From positions 186,001 to 250,000 of the forward strand of contig NW_024056027.1 of assembly GCF_902713615.1 (NCBI RefSeq): a DNA stretch of 64,000 bases, in the 5' to 3' direction. Source of the DNA: Scyliorhinus canicula (lineage: Eukaryota). Shown here one piece after another: positions 23,093-34,680 of this stretch. The notes beneath the pieces were generated by a model that was not told where the DNA came from, made no database searches, and saw nothing but the letters and a program-made list of their open reading frames with translations. Within the stretch, counting starts at the first letter, position 1, and each line of letters begins with the position of its first letter. Made by a program: the position numbers and the translations under genes.

Positions 23093-26000
23093 CGAATCCC
23101 TGTGGGTTCATTTCTCTGCGAGCCCGTCCAATCACTGTGGGTTTATTTCTCTGCGTGCCTGTCCAATCACTGTGGGTTTATTTCTCTGCGTGCCCCTCCA
23201 ATCGCTGTGGGTTTATTTCTCTGTGTGCCTGTCCAATCGCTGTGGGTTTATTTCTCTCAGTGCCCATCCAATCCCTGTGGGTTTATTTCTCTGCGTGCCT
23301 GTCCAATCCCTGTGGGTTTATTTCTCTGCGTGCCTGTCCAATCCCTGTGCATTTATTTCTCTGCGTGCCTGTCCAATCCCTGTGGGTTTATTTCTCTGCG
23401 TGCCTGCCCAATCGCTGTGGGTTTATTTCTCTGCGTGCCTGTCCAATCCTTGTGGGTTTATTTCTCTGCGTGCCCCTCCAATCCCTGTGGGTTTATTTCT
23501 CTGCGTGCCTGTCCAATCGCTGTGGGTTTATTTCTCTGCGTGCCTGTCCAATCCCTGTGGGTTTATTTCTCTGCGTGCCTGTCCAATCGCTGTGGGTTTA
23601 TTTCTCTGCGTGCCTGTCCAATCGCTGTGGGTTTATTTCTCTGCGTGCCCCTCCAATCCCTGTGGGTTTATTTCTCTGCGTGCCCCTCCAATCGCTGTGG
23701 GTTTATTTCTCTCAGTGCCCCTCCAATCCCGGTGGGTTTATTTCTCTGCGTGCCTGTCCAATCCCTGTGGGTTTGTTTCTCTGCGTGCCTGTCCAATCGC
23801 TGTGGGTTTATTTCTCTGCGTGCCTGTCCAATCACTGTGGGTTTATTTCTCTGTGTGCCTGTCCAATCCCTGTGGGTTTATTTCTCTGCTTGCCTGTCCA
23901 ATCGCTGTGGGTTTATTTCTCTGCGTGCCTGTCCAATCCCAGTGGGTTTATTTCTCTGTGTGTAAGTCCAATCCCTGTGGGTTTATTTCTCTGCGTGCCT
24001 GTCCAATCGCTGTGGGTTTATTTCTCTGCGTGCCTGTCCAATCGCTGTGGGTTTATTTCTCTGCGTGCCTGTCCAATCGCTGTGGGTTTATTTCTCTGCG
24101 TGCCTGTCCAATCCCTGTGGGTTTATTTCTCTGCGTGCCTGTCCAATCGCTGTGGGTTTATTTCTCTGCGTGCCCCTCCAATTGCTGTGGGTTTATTTCT
24201 CTGTATGCCTGTCCAATCGCTGTGGGTTTATTTCTCTGTGTATGCCTGTCCAATCGCTGTGGGTTTATTTCTCTGCATGCCTGTCCAATCGCTGTGGGTT
24301 TATTTCTCTGCGTGCCTGTCCAATCGCTGTGGGTTTATTTATCTGCGAGCCCCTCCAATCCCTGTGGGTTTATTTCTCTGCGTGCCTGTCCAATCGCTGT
24401 GGGTTTATTTCTCTGCGTGCCTGTCCAATCCCTGTGGGTTTATTTCTCTGCGTGCCTGTCCAATCGCTGTGGGTTTATTTCTCTGCGTGCCTGTCCAATC
24501 GCTGTGGGTTTATTTCTCTGCGTGCCCCTCCAATCCCTGTGGGTTTATTTCTCTGCGTGCCCCTCCAATCGCTGTGGGTTTATTTCTCTCAGTGCCCCTC
24601 CAATCCCGGTGGGTTTATTTCTCTGCGTGCCTGTCCAATCCCTGTGGGTTTGTTTCTCTGCGTGCCTGTCCAATCGCTGTGGGTTTATTTCTCTGCGTGC
24701 CTGTCCAATCACTGTGGGTTTATTTCTCTGTGTGCCTGTCCAATCCCTGTGGGTTTATTTCTCTGCGTGCCTGTCCAATCGCTGTGGGTTTATTTCTCTG
24801 CGTGCCTGTCCAATCCCAGTGGGTTTATTTCTCTGTGTGCCTGTCCAATCCCTGTGGGTTTATTTCTCTGCGTGCCTGTCCAATCGCTGTGGGTTTATTT
24901 CTCTGCGTGCCTGTCCAATCGCTGTGGGTTTATTTCTCTGCGTGCCTGTCCAATCGCTGTGGGTTTATTTCTCTGCGTGCCTGTCCAATCCCTGTGGGTT
25001 TATTTCTCTGCGTGCCTGTCCAATCGCTGTGGGTTTATTTCTCTGCGTGCCCCTCCAATTGCTGTGGGTTTATTTCTCTGTATGCCTGTCCAATCGCTGT
25101 GGGTTTATTTCTCTGTATGCCTGTCCAATCGCTGTGGGTTTATTTCTCTGCATGCCTGTCCAATCGCTGTGGGTTTATTTCTCTGCGTGCCTGTCCAATC
25201 GCTGTGGGTTTATTTATCTGCGTGCCCCTCCAATCGCTGTGGGTTTATTTCTCTGCGTGCCTGTCCAATCCCTGTGGGTTTATTTCTCTGCGTGCCTGTC
25301 CAATCGCTGTGGGTTTATTTCTCTGCGTGCCTGTCCAATCCCTGTGGGTTTATTTCTCTGCGTGCCTGTCCAATCGCTGTGGGTTTATTTCTCTGCGTGC
25401 CTGTCCAATCGCTGTGGGTTTATTTCTCTGCGTGCCCCTCCAATCCCTGTGGGTTTATTTCTCTGCGTGCCCCTCCAATCGCTGTGGGTTTATTTCTCTC
25501 AGTGCCCCTCCAATCCCGGTGGGTTTATTTCTCTGCGTGCCTGTCCAATCCCTGTGGGTTTGTTTCTCTGCGTGCCTGTCCAATCGCTGTGGGTTTATTT
25601 CTCTGCGTGCCTGTCCAATCGCTGTGGGTTTATTTCTCTGCGTGCCTGTCCAATCCCAGTGGGTTTATTTCTCTGTGTGCCTGTCCAATCCCTGTGGGTT
25701 TATTTCTCTGCGTGCCTGTCCAATCGCTGTGGGTTTATTTCTCTGCGTGCCTGTCCAATCGCTGTGGGTTTATTTCTCTGCGTGCCTGTCCAATCGCTGT
25801 GGGTTTATTTCTCTGCGTGCCTGTCCAATCCCTGTGGGTTTATTTCTCTGCGTGCCTGTCCAATCGCTGTGGGTTTATTTCTCTGCGTGCCCCTCCAATT
25901 GCTGTGGGTTTATTTCTCTGTATGCCTGTCCAATCGCTGTGGGTTTATTTCTCTGTATGCCTGTCCAATCGCTGTGGGTTTATTTCTCTGCGTGCCTGTC

Positions 26001-27894
26001 CAATCGCTGTGGGTTTATTTCTCTGCGTGCCTGTCCAATCCCTGTGGGTTTATTTCTCTGCGTGCCTGTCCAATCGCTGTGGGTTTATTTCTCTGCGTGC
26101 CTGTCCAATCGCTGTGGGTTTATTTCTCTACGTGCCCCTCCAATCCCTGTGGGTTTATTTCTCTGCGTGCCCCTCCAATCGCTGTGGGTTTATTTCTCTC
26201 AGTGCCCCTCCAATCCCGGTGGGTTTATTTCTCTGCGTGCCTGTCCAATCCCTGTGGGTTTGTTTCTCTGCGTGCCTGTCCAATCGCTGTGGGTTTTTTC
26301 TCTGCGTGCCTGTCCAATCACTGTGGGTTTATTTCTCTGTGTGCCTGTCCAATCCCTGTGGGTTTATTTCTCTGCGTGCCTGTCCAATCGCTGTGGGTTT
26401 ATTTCTCTGCGTGCCTGTCCAATCCCAGTGGGTTTATTTCTCTGTGTGTAAGTCCAATCCCTGTGGGTTTATTTCTCTGCGTGCCTGTCCAATCGCTGTG
26501 GGTTTATTTCTCTGTATGCCTGTCCAATCGCTGTGGGTTTATTTCTCTGCGTGCCTGTCCAATCGCTGTGGGTTTATTTCTCTGCGTGCCTGTCCAATCC
26601 CTGTGGGTTTATTTCTCTGCGTGCCTGTCCAATCGCTGTGGGTTTATTTCTCTGCGTGCCCCTCCAATTGCTGTGGGTTTATTTCTCTGTATGCCTGTCC
26701 AATCGCTGTGGGTTTATTTCTCTGTATGCCTGTCCAATCGCTGTGGGTTTATTTCTCTGCATGCCTGTCCAATCGCTGTGGGTTTATTTCTCTGCGTGCC
26801 TGTCCAATCGCTGTGGGTTTATTTATCTGCGTGCCCCTCCAATCCCTGTGGGTTTATTTCTCTGCGTGCCTGTCCAATCGCTGTGGGTTTATTTCTCTGC
26901 GTGCCTGTCCAATCCCTGTGGGTTTATTTCTCTGCGTGCCTGTCCAATCGCTGTGGGTTTATTTCTCTGCGTGCCTGTCCAATCGCTGTGGGTTTATTTC
27001 TCTGCGTGCCCCTCCAATCCCTGTGGGTTTATTTCTCTGCGTGCCCCTCCAATCGCTGTGGGTTTATTTCTCTCAGTGCCCCTCCAATCCCGGTGGGTTT
27101 ATTTCTCTGCGTGCCTGTCCAATCCCTGTGGGTTTGTTTCTCTGCGTGCCTGTCCAATCGCTGTGGGTTTATTTCTCTGCGTGCCTGTCCAATCACTGTG
27201 GGTTTATTTCTCTGTGTGCCTGTCCAATCCCTGTGGGTTTATTTCTCTGCGTGCCTGTCCAATCGCTGTGGGTTTATTTCTCTGCGTGCCTGTCCAATCC
27301 CAGTGGGTTTATTTCTCTGTGTGCCTGTCCAATCCCTGTGGGTTTATTTCTCTGCGTGCCTGTCCAATCGCTGTGGGTTTATTTCTCTGCGTGCCTGTCC
27401 AATCGCTGTGGGTTTATTTCTCTGCGTGCCTGTCCAATCGCTGTGGGTTTATTTCTCTGCGTGCCTGTCCAATCCCTGTGGGTTTATTTCTCTGCGTGCC
27501 TGTCCAATCGCTGTGGGTTTATTTCTCTGCGTGCCCCTCCAATTGCTGTGGGTTTATTTCTCTGTATGCCTGTCCAATCGCTGTGGGTTTATTTCTCTGT
27601 ATGCCTGTCCAATCGCTGTGGGTTTATTTCTCTGCGTGCCTGTCCAATCCCGGTGGGTTTATTTCTCTGCGTGCCTGTCCAATCGCTGTGGGTTTATTTA
27701 TCTGCGTGCCCCTCCAATCCCTGTGGGTTTATTTCTCTGTGTGCCTGTCCAATCGCTGTGGGTTTATTTCTCTGTGTGCCTGTCCAATCGCTGTGGGTTT
27801 ATTTCTCTGCGTGCCCCTCCAATCCCTGTGGGTTTATTTCTCTGCGTGCCTGTCCAATCGCTGTGGGTTTATTTCTCTGTATGCCCGTCCAATT
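23093..27894. repeat. 35-bp minisatellite, about 137 units, with higher-order periodicity
   Basis: Unit ccaatcgctgtgggtttatttctctgcgtgcctgt; the three long + strand ORFs share one 35-aa period, as expected for a stop-free 35-nt unit. Confidence 0.98.
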
Positions 27895-28267
27895 TCGTAT
27901 TGAAATCCTTCTGTCATTTCTGCATCGCCTACGGTCATAGGCAGTAGGTTCCAGGTTGTTACCACTCTCTTTACATGTACACAAGGCTCCTCGAGCACAG
28001 AGGAGTCTAATTGGCCTATTTTTCCCGTGCCAGCTCTGTACAGCGACCCATTTAATCCCAGAGTTGGACTATTTTGGTTTTTTTTCAGAATGCATCAACT
28101 TCCCTTTTGGAAGTTACAGTGCAATGAGATTCCAGCACCATTTATAGACAGTGCATTCTAAATCACAACAACTCGCTGTGTTTTACAACAAATAATTGTG
28201 CATATGGTGTGTCTGGAGTATCTCACAGTATTCAAAATGGTGTCAACGCCTTGGTTATTACACAATT

Positions 28268-31200
28268 AAAAAAAAAAATTATTTTTATTCTCCTTTTTCA
28301 CACTCTCTCCTGAATTTACACCCACCAATAATAAACAATAATCAGCAACAGATGTGTCAATCCCATAACAATAACAACGATCCCATCCTCCCACCAAGCC
28401 CCAAACATCAGCCCGCATGTTAACATAAACAAAGGACAAAAAGAATTGGTGATTATACATAGTCATCCTTAATATACACAGCCCCCTCCCCCCACCCCCA
28501 ACTAATGTTCGATGTTATCCAGTTCTTGAAAGTGTATAATAAATAGTGCCCATGACTTGTCAAACCCCTCCGAGCTTCCCCTCAGTTCAAACTTAACCTT
28601 CTCAAGGGTCAAGTATTCCAACAGGTCCCCCCGCCATGCCAGGGCACAGGGTGGAGAGGCTGCTCTGCATCCCAGCAGGATCCGCCTTCGGGCGATCAAC
28701 GAGGCGAAGGCTATAATATCTGCCTCCGCACCCGTTTCCAACCCTGGCTGGTCCGACACCCCGAACATGGCCTCCCGAGGACCCGGGTCCAGCTTCACAT
28801 GCACCACCTTGGAAATTACCCTAAAACCCTCCTTCCAGTACTCCTCCAGCTTTGGACAGGACCAAAACATCTGAATGTGATTAGCCCCCCCCCCCCCCCC
28901 CCACATCCCCCCAACACTCACACACATATTTTACTTCAAAGAATCGGCTCATCTTCGCCCTCGTGAGGTGCGCTCTGTATACCACCTTCAGCTGTATCAG
29001 CCCCAACTTCGCACACGAGGTGGAGGCATTCACTCTCCGGAGCACCTCACACCAGACCCCCTCCTCTATAACCTCTCCCAACTCTTCCTCCCATTTTGCT
29101 TTGATCCCTTCCAGTGGTGCCTTATCGTCTTCCAAAATAGCTCCGTACACCGCTGACACTACCCCCTTCTCCAGTCCCCTTGTCGTCAGCACCTCCTCCA
29201 GCAATGTGGAGGCCGATTCCTCCGGGAAGCTCTGTATCTCCTTCCTGGCAAAATCTCGAACCTGCACGTATCTGAACATTTCTCCCTGCTCCAGCCCATA
29301 CTTCGCTTCCAGCACCCTCCTGCAAACCGACCCCAAGAAACAAATCTTTTAGCGTCTTAATCCCCCTTTCGCATTTCCGAAAACTTGCATCCCACTTCCC
29401 TGACTCAAATCTGTGGTTCTCCCGAATTGGCATTTCCCTTGACCCTGCCCCCAACCCGAAGTGTTGGAGAAACTGCATCCAGATTTTCAATGAAGCTATT
29501 ATTACCGGACTCCCTGAGTATTTCCCCGGACCAATCGGGAGCGGCGCTGTTGCTAGTGCTTTTAGTCCCGACCCCTTGCACAAACTCTCCTCCACTCTGA
29601 CCCAGCTCCGCACCTTCTTCACATTCGCCGCCCAGTAGTAGTACATTAGATTCGGGAGACCCAAACCCCCTGCCTGCCTTCCCCTCTGCAGCGGCACCTT
29701 TCTAACTCTGGCCACCTTCCCTCCCCATATGAACGAGGTAATCCTTCCCTCAATCTCCCTGAAAAAAGCCTTTGGGAGGCAAATCGGTAGGCATTGAAAA
29801 ATAAACAGAAATCGCAGCAACACATTCATTTTAACCACCTGTACCCGACCCGCCAGTGACAGAGGGAGACCATCCCACCTCGCTAGGTCAGCTTTCACTC
29901 TCCCCACCAAACTCGTGATGTTGTACCTGCGAAGCCTCCCCCACTCCCAGGCAACCTGCACCCCAGATACCCAAAGTGAGTCCCTTCCCTACGGAATTGC
30001 AGCCCCCCCACCCCCGGCCGAGACGCCACAAAATACTCACTCTTGTCCAGGTTCAGCTTGTACCCCGAGAAAGACCCAAATACCCGCCAGTACCTTCGCC
30101 AATACTTTTGCATCCACATTCAGAAGTGATATGGGCCTATACGACCCACACTTCATCGGATCCTTATTTTTTTTAGCAACAGTGAAGTCAATGCCTGCCC
30201 CAAGGTTTGTGGCAACACCCCCTTCCCTATCGCCTCTTCAAACATCCCTACCATCAGGGGTGCCAACTTATCCTTAAATTTTTTATAATATTCCACCGGA
30301 AACCCATCCGGCCCTGCCAGCTTCCTGCATCTCACGGTCTCCCTCGGGTGGCTGTGACCTGTGCAACCTCTCATAAAACTCAGAAACCTTGTTAATCAGC
30401 TCCGGGGCCACTACCAACTTCCCTGCCCTACCCCTCACCTGAAGAATTTCCCTTGCTGCTGCTTCCCTCCAGAGCTGACCTGCTAACAGCCTTATCTCCA
30501 TGTTCATAAACTGCACCCCTTGCTCATCTCAGTTGGCATACCGCCTTCCTGGTGGATAGTCGGTTGAAGCTCGCCTGTAGTTCCTTCCTCTTTTCCAGCT
30601 TCGCTGGGTCCCCATCTTCTGCTTAACTCCTATCTGCCTCCAATATCTCATCTATTACCCTCTGCTGCTCCAACCTCTCCTCTTTGTCCACCCTAGCCTT
30701 AAACAGAATTACCTCACCCCTCCCCACCGCCTTTCGAGCCTCCCAGACAACTGCCTTCGGCACCTCACCCGTACAGTTGAAACCTACATATTCCTTAATT
30801 ACCTTTTAAATTTTCTCACAGAACACTTGGTTCCCCAAAAGCCCCACATCCAGTTTCTACCCCGGCCTCTGCGCTACCCCCTTCTCCAGTATCATATCCT
30901 CCCAATGCTGAGCATGATCTGACACTGCAATTGCCAAGTGTTCCGACCCCTTAACCCCAGCCAACAAAGCCTTCCCCACCACGAAAAACTCGATCCGCGA
31001 ATGTACCTTATGGAATGCTGAGAAAAACGAGTTTTCCCGTTCCCTCGGGTGCAGAAACGTCCAAGGGTCCACCCCTCCCATTTCCTCCATTAGCCCAGCC
31101 AACGCCTTCGCACCCCCTGATGGGACCAGCGAGCGCGGCCGTGATCTGTCCAACCTTGGCTCCTGCACCAGGTTCCAGCCCCCCCCCCCCCCCCCCCCCC

Positions 31201-33475
31201 CCCCCCCCTGATGGGACCAGCGAGCGTGGCCGTGATCTGTCCAACCTTGGCTCCTGCACCAGGTTCCAGTCCCCCCCCACAATCGGCTTGTGTGTGTCCA
31301 AGTCGGGAATGGCCCCAAACATCTTCCTCGCAAATCCCGCATTGTCCCAGTTGGGACCGTATACACTGACCAGCGCCACTAACCCCCCCTCCAGCGCCCA
31401 GGCCACAATCACATATCTACCCCCCTCATCTGCCACCACCTTCTCCATCTGGAAGAATACCCTTTTGCTGACCAACACCGCTACCCCTCGAGCCCTTCCA
31501 TCAAATCCAGAGTGAAACACCTGACTAATCCAGTCCTTTTTAAGTCTCACCTGAGCCTTCAGACTCAAGTGAGTCTCCTGCAGCATTGCCACATCGGCTT
31601 TCAAACTTTTAAGATGCACAAGCACCCTTAACCTCTTGACCGGATCTCCTAATCCCCTCATGTTCCACGTGTCTATCCTTACTGGGGGTCTCTCAACGCC
31701 CCCCCCCCCCCCCCCAACTTCTTAACCACCATCATCATACCACCGGGCCCTGCCCCATGAGCATGACCCGCCCCTATCCATTATTAACATCGAATGCCTT
31801 CCCCCCCCCCCCCCCCCCCCCCCCCCCACCCCCCCTACATTTCCTCTCAAAAAAACATCTCTCAGCATCAATCCCTCCCCCGCTCGCCTCGTCGGCCCAT
31901 CGAAACCTGCCAACCAGGCTCCAATGTCCGCAGCCCTCCTCTCACCTCCGTTCACCAGCCGACTTTCGTTAGCTAGCGCGGGGATATATCGTCCCCTCCC
32001 ACCCAGTCCCAGAGCAAGAAAAAACAAACCCAACAATCCAACCCATACAATTCACTAAAATAAGATACAGTATAACCGTCGCAACACAGAATGCAAAACA
32101 ACTTAACCAATAACTTGAACTCTGCAACAATGCGAAGAGAAGTAAATTACAATACACTTCAGTGAAATGAAAGTTATAGCATTTATACATTTTCCAGCTC
32201 ACCAATCACAGTCCACAGTCTCTCTTTCAGCTCCCCTCCTCACGTCTGTCCCAAGCCTTCTACCCTCACAAACGCCTCAGCCGCCTCTGCTGTCTCAAAA
32301 TAAAAGTCTTTGACATCATACGTCACCCTCAGCTTCGCCGGGTACACCATACCAAATCGCAGCCCCTTGTACAGCGCTGCCTTCACTCGCCTGAACACCG
32401 CTGGTCTTTTTGTTGGCCTTGGACCCTCTGTCCCTTCAGGCAGGCCCACAATTCTCAGACTATGCCGTTTCCAGCGGTTCTCCAAGTCCTCGAGCTTTGC
32501 TTGGAGTCCTCTGTTGACCTCCACCACCCTCCGCAGCTTGTCCCCCATCGACGTGAACTGGTCGCTGTGCTGCGACAGGGCCTCCTCCACCTCCTTAATC
32601 TTCTTGCCCTGCTCTCTCACCTCGGCCGATGTCTTTGCCACAGCCACCCTCACCGGGGCGATTACATCCTCCACCAATGACTTCAATGCCATGTCCTTCC
32701 TCAAAGCCTCCATGTGCCTCACAAACAGCTTTTCCAGCTCTACCGCCATCACCTCGGTCATTTTCATCACCATAAGTAGTGCGGCTCCACCATGTGGTCC
32801 GGCCTCCGTCATCTTGTTCGCACTTTTGCTCGTCTTCTCATTCAACGGTGAGCCACCTTTCCTCAACGCTGCTTTTCGCATCCTTTAACAGATTATTATT
32901 TTTCCTTTTTTTTCCACCCTTCTTTCCTTCTTCAATCCTCTTTTTTTTTTTAAAATAGAAAAAACATGAAATTTTTCTTCTTTCAGAAAAAACAGGGGGA
33001 AAAAAACTTTAACCACATTTCTTTAAAACTTTTTTCTCTTCTTTTTTGTATTTCTCCAGAATTTCCCTGGGACCGGGCTTCAGTCTTCTTTCCATATTCA
33101 AGGCGGGAGCGATCCGATGTGGGAAATCTCACCTACATCACACCCTGGCTTCGGGCCTGCCACCTCGGCCCCCCTTTGGCTCCGCCCCGCTGCTCCTTTG
33201 AAATTTTCAGGTCTGGCTTTCAGGTTGTCCCACTCCTCCTCCACGTGCAGCCGCTCTGCCGAACCCACCGGGACCAGTCTCTTCCCCCCTCACCCTTCCA
33301 ACCCTCCGGCTTCGTCAAACGGAGCTTTGACGCTTGGGCGAGGGAGGCAGGGCCGCCCCGGAGAAGTTTAATTTTTTTTAAACAGCGGGATGCCCCCCGA
33401 AAAAGACCGCGATATCGTGGACCGGCAGGAGCTTCTCCTCAACGCGGCCGCTCCGCTCACGAACACCACCGGAAG
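28268..33475 (-). mobile_element. L1-clade LINE 1: both ends present, internally deleted and decayed
   Basis: 5' end CTTCCGGTGG; ORF1 32240-32881 (LEDLENRWKR..LRIVGLPEG); EN 31008-31661; ORF2 C-terminus to 28502; 3' AATAAA/A-rich tail; candidate 6-bp TSD acaatt (28262-28267 / 33476-33481). Confidence 0.9.
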
Positions 33476-33606
33476 ACAATTTATTTGACTTTTAGCCAGA
33501 ATATTAGCCCCTGTAAAAGGGCTGGAGTTTGTTATCAGCAGAAAGAGACCCAAATGAACATGGTTCAGTCCTGAATGTGAGGAACAGCAAAATCCAATCA
33601 CGGTGG

Positions 33607-34644
33607 TTACTTGTGGCCTCGTTGGTGTCTCAGCAGGTTGGGTGAAGTGGTGAATCGCTTCCCACACTCTGAGCAGGTGAATGGCCTCTCCCCGGTGTGA
33701 ACTCGCTGGTGTGTGGACAGAGCTAATGACTGCGTGAATCCCTTCCCACACTTGAAGCAGGTGAAAGGTCTCTCCCCAGTGTGAACTCGCTGGTGTGTGG
33801 ACAGGGCGGATGATTGAGTGAATCCCTTCCCACACTCGGCACAGGTGAATGGCGTCTCCCCAGTGTGAATTCTCTGATGTGTGGACAGATTGGATGACTG
33901 AGTGAATCCCTTCCCACACTCGGCACAGGTGAATGGCCTCTCCTCAGTGTGAATTCGCTGATGTACAGCGAGGTCACATGATCGTCTGAACCCAGTCCCG
34001 CAGTGAGAGCACCTAAACGGTCTCTCGTCAGTGTGAACATGTTGATGGTTCATCAGATTCCCTGAACTTTTATAGCGCTTCCCACAGTCTGGACATTGAA
34101 ACGGTCTCTCATCAGTGTGAACTCGCTGGTGACTCAGCAGGTGGGCTGAAATAGTAAATCCCTTCCCACACTCTGAGCAGGTGAATGGCCTTTCCCCAGT
34201 GTGAATTCGCTGGTGGTTCCGTAGGGCCGATGAATCACTGAATCCTTTCTCACACTCTGAGCAGGTGAATGGTCTCTCCCCAGTGTGAACACGCTGGTGT
34301 CTGGACACAGCGGATGACTCAGTGAATCCCTTCCCACACTTGGGGCAGGTGAATGGTCTCTCCCCAGTGTGAACTCGCTGGTGTATGGACAGAGTGGATG
34401 ACTGAGTAAATCCCTTCCCACACTTGGAGCAGGTGAATGGTCTCTCCCCAGTGTGACTGCGTCGATGAGTTTCCAGCTGGGATGGGGAAGTGAATCCTTT
34501 CCCACAGTCCACACATTTCCACGGTTTCCCCTCCGTGTGACTGCATTTGTGGCTTGTGAGGCCTGATGATTGACTGAATCCTTGTCCACACACACAACAC
34601 GTGTACGGTTTCTCCCCACTGTGAACAATGCTTTTCCCTTCCAT
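33607..34644 (-). CDS. C2H2 zinc-finger protein gene 2 (12 fingers; no KRAB-like domain seen)
   Basis: ATG at 34644 ([16 protein letters not shown]); 12 CxxC/HxxxH units with HTGERPF linkers; AATAAA at 33485-33480. Confidence 0.9.
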   Translation of the reverse strand: MEGKSIVHSGEKPYTCCVCGQGFSQSSGLTSHKCSHTEGKPWKCVDCGKGFTSPSQLETHRRSHTGERPFTCSKCGKGFTQSSTLSIHQRVHTGERPFTCPKCGKGFTESSAVSRHQRVHTGERPFTCSECEKGFSDSSALRNHQRIHTGERPFTCSECGKGFTISAHLLSHQRVHTDERPFQCPDCGKRYKSSGNLMNHQHVHTDERPFRCSHCGTGFRRSCDLAVHQRIHTEERPFTCAECGKGFTQSSNLSTHQRIHTGETPFTCAECGKGFTQSSALSTHQRVHTGERPFTCFKCGKGFTQSLALSTHQRVHTGERPFTCSECGKRFTTSPNLLRHQRGHK

Positions 34645-34680
34645 GTTCAAAGTACAATGATATTCAGGATATGATAAATT

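Noticed and set aside
23093-27894. CRISPR-like array
   Set aside because: Units are contiguous with no unique spacers; vertebrate context, no cas genes
22999-27947. Very long Cys/Leu-rich ORFs (up to 1648 aa)
   Set aside because: All three + frames give the same 35-aa period, an arithmetic result of a stop-free 35-nt tandem unit; no coding signature
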